Part shown: piece after piece, positions 62,507-64,000 of the stretch
Layout of the letters: every line of letters begins with the position of its first letter
Numbering within the stretch: position 1 is the first letter of the stretch
Origin: a virus
Direction: 5' to 3' (one strand)
Virus record (IMG/VR): IMGVR_UViG_3300045988_144476
Length of the DNA: 64,000 bases
Notes under the pieces: generated by a model
What the model was told of the DNA's origin: nothing
The model's input: the letters and a program-made list of their open reading frames with translations, nothing else
Databases searched by the model: none
Program-made: the position numbers and the translations under genes

Positions 62507-63268
62507 ATGAATGTATACTTAACTGAAATACACTCAATTCAAGATGCAATTAGAACTATGTATATGAGCAAGAGATCATGGACGCTTGAACTTGAGAATG
62601 AAATTAGAGAAGTTGTTAGTCATTGTACTGACAGATACGGTAAACCAATTGACTTACCTGTAGACGATCCACTCAAAATCAAGTTTGATGATATGGTCCG
62701 AAAGCTTTTTAAGTGGGGCAGGATGCATATTACAATGCTGAGATTTCTCGATGTGTCTGTAGTCATTGAAGGACTTCATAGAGGTGGAACAGATGATCTT
62801 GATGCTCATGCAAAAAGAATGGAGAACAGAATTATTCGTTCAAGTACAAGACTTGCCAATTATTCAACCGCAGAAGTTTCTGAATGGTATAGTGATAAGA
62901 TTATTCCTACAGATGTAGCTTTATCAGTTTTAGGTATTAAAACACCGGACGAAATTGAATTTGAAGGTAAGACATATGTAAGAGCAGAGAATGGTTATAT
63001 TGTAAAAGGTATGGAGAATGACAAAGATGTAAAACGTGGTTTATATATGCTTTCGCTTCCTATGACTTTTACATTTAAAATTAACATTACTGAATTAGCA
63101 CATGTATATATTGAGCGTGGTAAATCTAAGAAAAATGGTGGACTTGCTCATGGAACAGCAGCTCCAGAATTACAGATTGCTATGGAAGATCTGATTGATC
63201 AGATTGAAGAATGGTATCCTGGAATCACCAGAGAATTTCTTTTAGAGGTCGAAAACAATAATGTATGA
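62507..63268 (+). CDS. divergent ThyX-like (flavin-dependent thymidylate-synthase fold) protein
   Basis: Layout FLDVSVVIEGLHRGGTDDLDAHAKR...IIRSSTRLANY loosely parallels the ThyX RHR...S...S-x-R-Y region; not canonical. Confidence 0.45.
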   Translation: MNVYLTEIHSIQDAIRTMYMSKRSWTLELENEIREVVSHCTDRYGKPIDLPVDDPLKIKFDDMVRKLFKWGRMHITMLRFLDVSVVIEGLHRGGTDDLDAHAKRMENRIIRSSTRLANYSTAEVSEWYSDKIIPTDVALSVLGIKTPDEIEFEGKTYVRAENGYIVKGMENDKDVKRGLYMLSLPMTFTFKINITELAHVYIERGKSKKNGGLAHGTAAPELQIAMEDLIDQIEEWYPGITREFLLEVENNNV

Positions 63269-63470
63269 TAATATATATTATTGCAGAAACGCTGAAAATA
63301 CATGTCCAAAGAAAGATACTTGTTTAAGATATTTGGATGCAACCGATCAACCTGTTGCTACATTATTTAAATGTTCTTGTACCGACAAAAATAATTATCA
63401 GTTATATATCTTAAAAGAACAGGAGAAAGAAAATGCAGAAACAGACAATACAGAACAATCTTCCAATTAA
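63261..63470 (+). CDS. small Cys-rich protein
   Basis: 69-aa ORF overlapping both neighbours. Confidence 0.5.
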   Translation: MYDNIYYCRNAENTCPKKDTCLRYLDATDQPVATLFKCSCTDKNNYQLYILKEQEKENAETDNTEQSSN

Positions 63471-64000
63471 ATTTCTTGTAGCCGGAAGAACGGCATCTGG
63501 AAAATCTACAATTGTAAAAGCAGTATGTGAAAGACTTGGATTAAAACAAGTAAAAAGCTTAACAACAAGACCTCCAAGAAAAGAGGAATTAAATAATTCT
63601 AATTGTGATCATTATTTTGTATCTAATGCAGAATTTGATGAAAAAGAGAAAAATGGTCTTGCGGCTTATACTGAAATTAATGGATATAAATATGCTACTA
63701 CATTTGATGAATTAGACAGATCTGATATTTATGTAATTGATCCTATTGGTATTAAAACGCTAAAAGACAATTGTGGAGATAAATATAGATTTATTGAAAT
63801 TTATATCAGAACTCCATACTCAATTAATCGTAAAAGATATATTGAACGTGGTGGCACAGGTACTGAATTTGAAAAACGGTACAATAAAGAAAGTGAACAA
63901 TTTAAAGAGTATGAAAATAATCAAATGTTTGATTATCATATTTTAAATGATGGAACTATTGAAGATAGTATTGATAAAATGAGTAAAATTATTTTGAATA
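63433..64000 (+). CDS. guanylate/dNMP-kinase-like P-loop kinase (3' end outside window)
   Basis: AGGAG SD; GRTASGKST P-loop; SLTTRPPRKEE; open frame runs to the window edge. Confidence 0.7.
   Translation, partial: MQKQTIQNNLPIKFLVAGRTASGKSTIVKAVCERLGLKQVKSLTTRPPRKEELNNSNCDHYFVSNAEFDEKEKNGLAAYTEINGYKYATTFDELDRSDIYVIDPIGIKTLKDNCGDKYRFIEIYIRTPYSINRKRYIERGGTGTEFEKRYNKESEQFKEYENNQMFDYHILNDGTIEDSIDKMSKIILN

Overview
AT-rich 64-kb window in which every credible gene is on the + strand: about 100 tightly packed CDS, most with AGGAG-type Shine-Dalgarno sites and many ATGA or TAATG start/stop overlaps. No capsid, tail or terminase genes are recognisable. The content reads as the early/middle (non-structural) arm of a large Bacillota-type dsDNA phage or phage-plasmid. 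All homology calls come from motif recognition by eye; no searches were run.

Layout:
- 0-27 kb: small early-type ORFs. These include a ParB-like protein, a five-residue-repeat solenoid, a very acidic protein, a RadC/JAB protein, DUF932-like and DUF2786-like proteins, and an orphan reverse transcriptase.
- 27.5-30.8 kb: tyrosine recombinase, DGQHR/ParB-like protein and a catalytically degenerate recombinase-like protein.
- 31.2-34.4 kb: NAD-dependent DNA ligase split by a LAGLIDADG intein inside the KxDG motif.
- 34.4-42.7 kb: a promoter-driven operon ending in a P2-type P-type ATPase, a vWA protein, a TerD protein and a membrane-anchored PspA-like protein.
- 43.5-48 kb: HNH endonuclease, tRNA-Gln, an AAA+ ATPase cassette, and a 1.6-kb noncoding island. 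The island holds tRNA-Leu, tRNA-Met and two aberrant tRNA-like elements.
- 48-64 kb: RNA-ligase-like enzyme, then a replication module (SSB-like, AAA_24-like ATPase, DnaB-like helicase, primase, PD-(D/E)XK nuclease, DnaE, RecD-like helicase). It is followed by an HD hydrolase, a divergent ThyX-like protein and a dNMP/guanylate-kinase-like protein.

Most notable non-coding signals:
- A 15-nt motif, TAATG(A/T)TTTAATCAA with palindromic core TGATT-T-AATCA, is present in at least 22 intergenic copies. It brackets several canonical extended -10 promoters.
- Four units each combine a divergent long three-helix hairpin with a conserved 21-nt box.
- A roughly 400-nt structured noncoding region lies at 2.3-2.65 kb.
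- An iteron-like TGTCG/CGACA array sits inside a wHTH gene.
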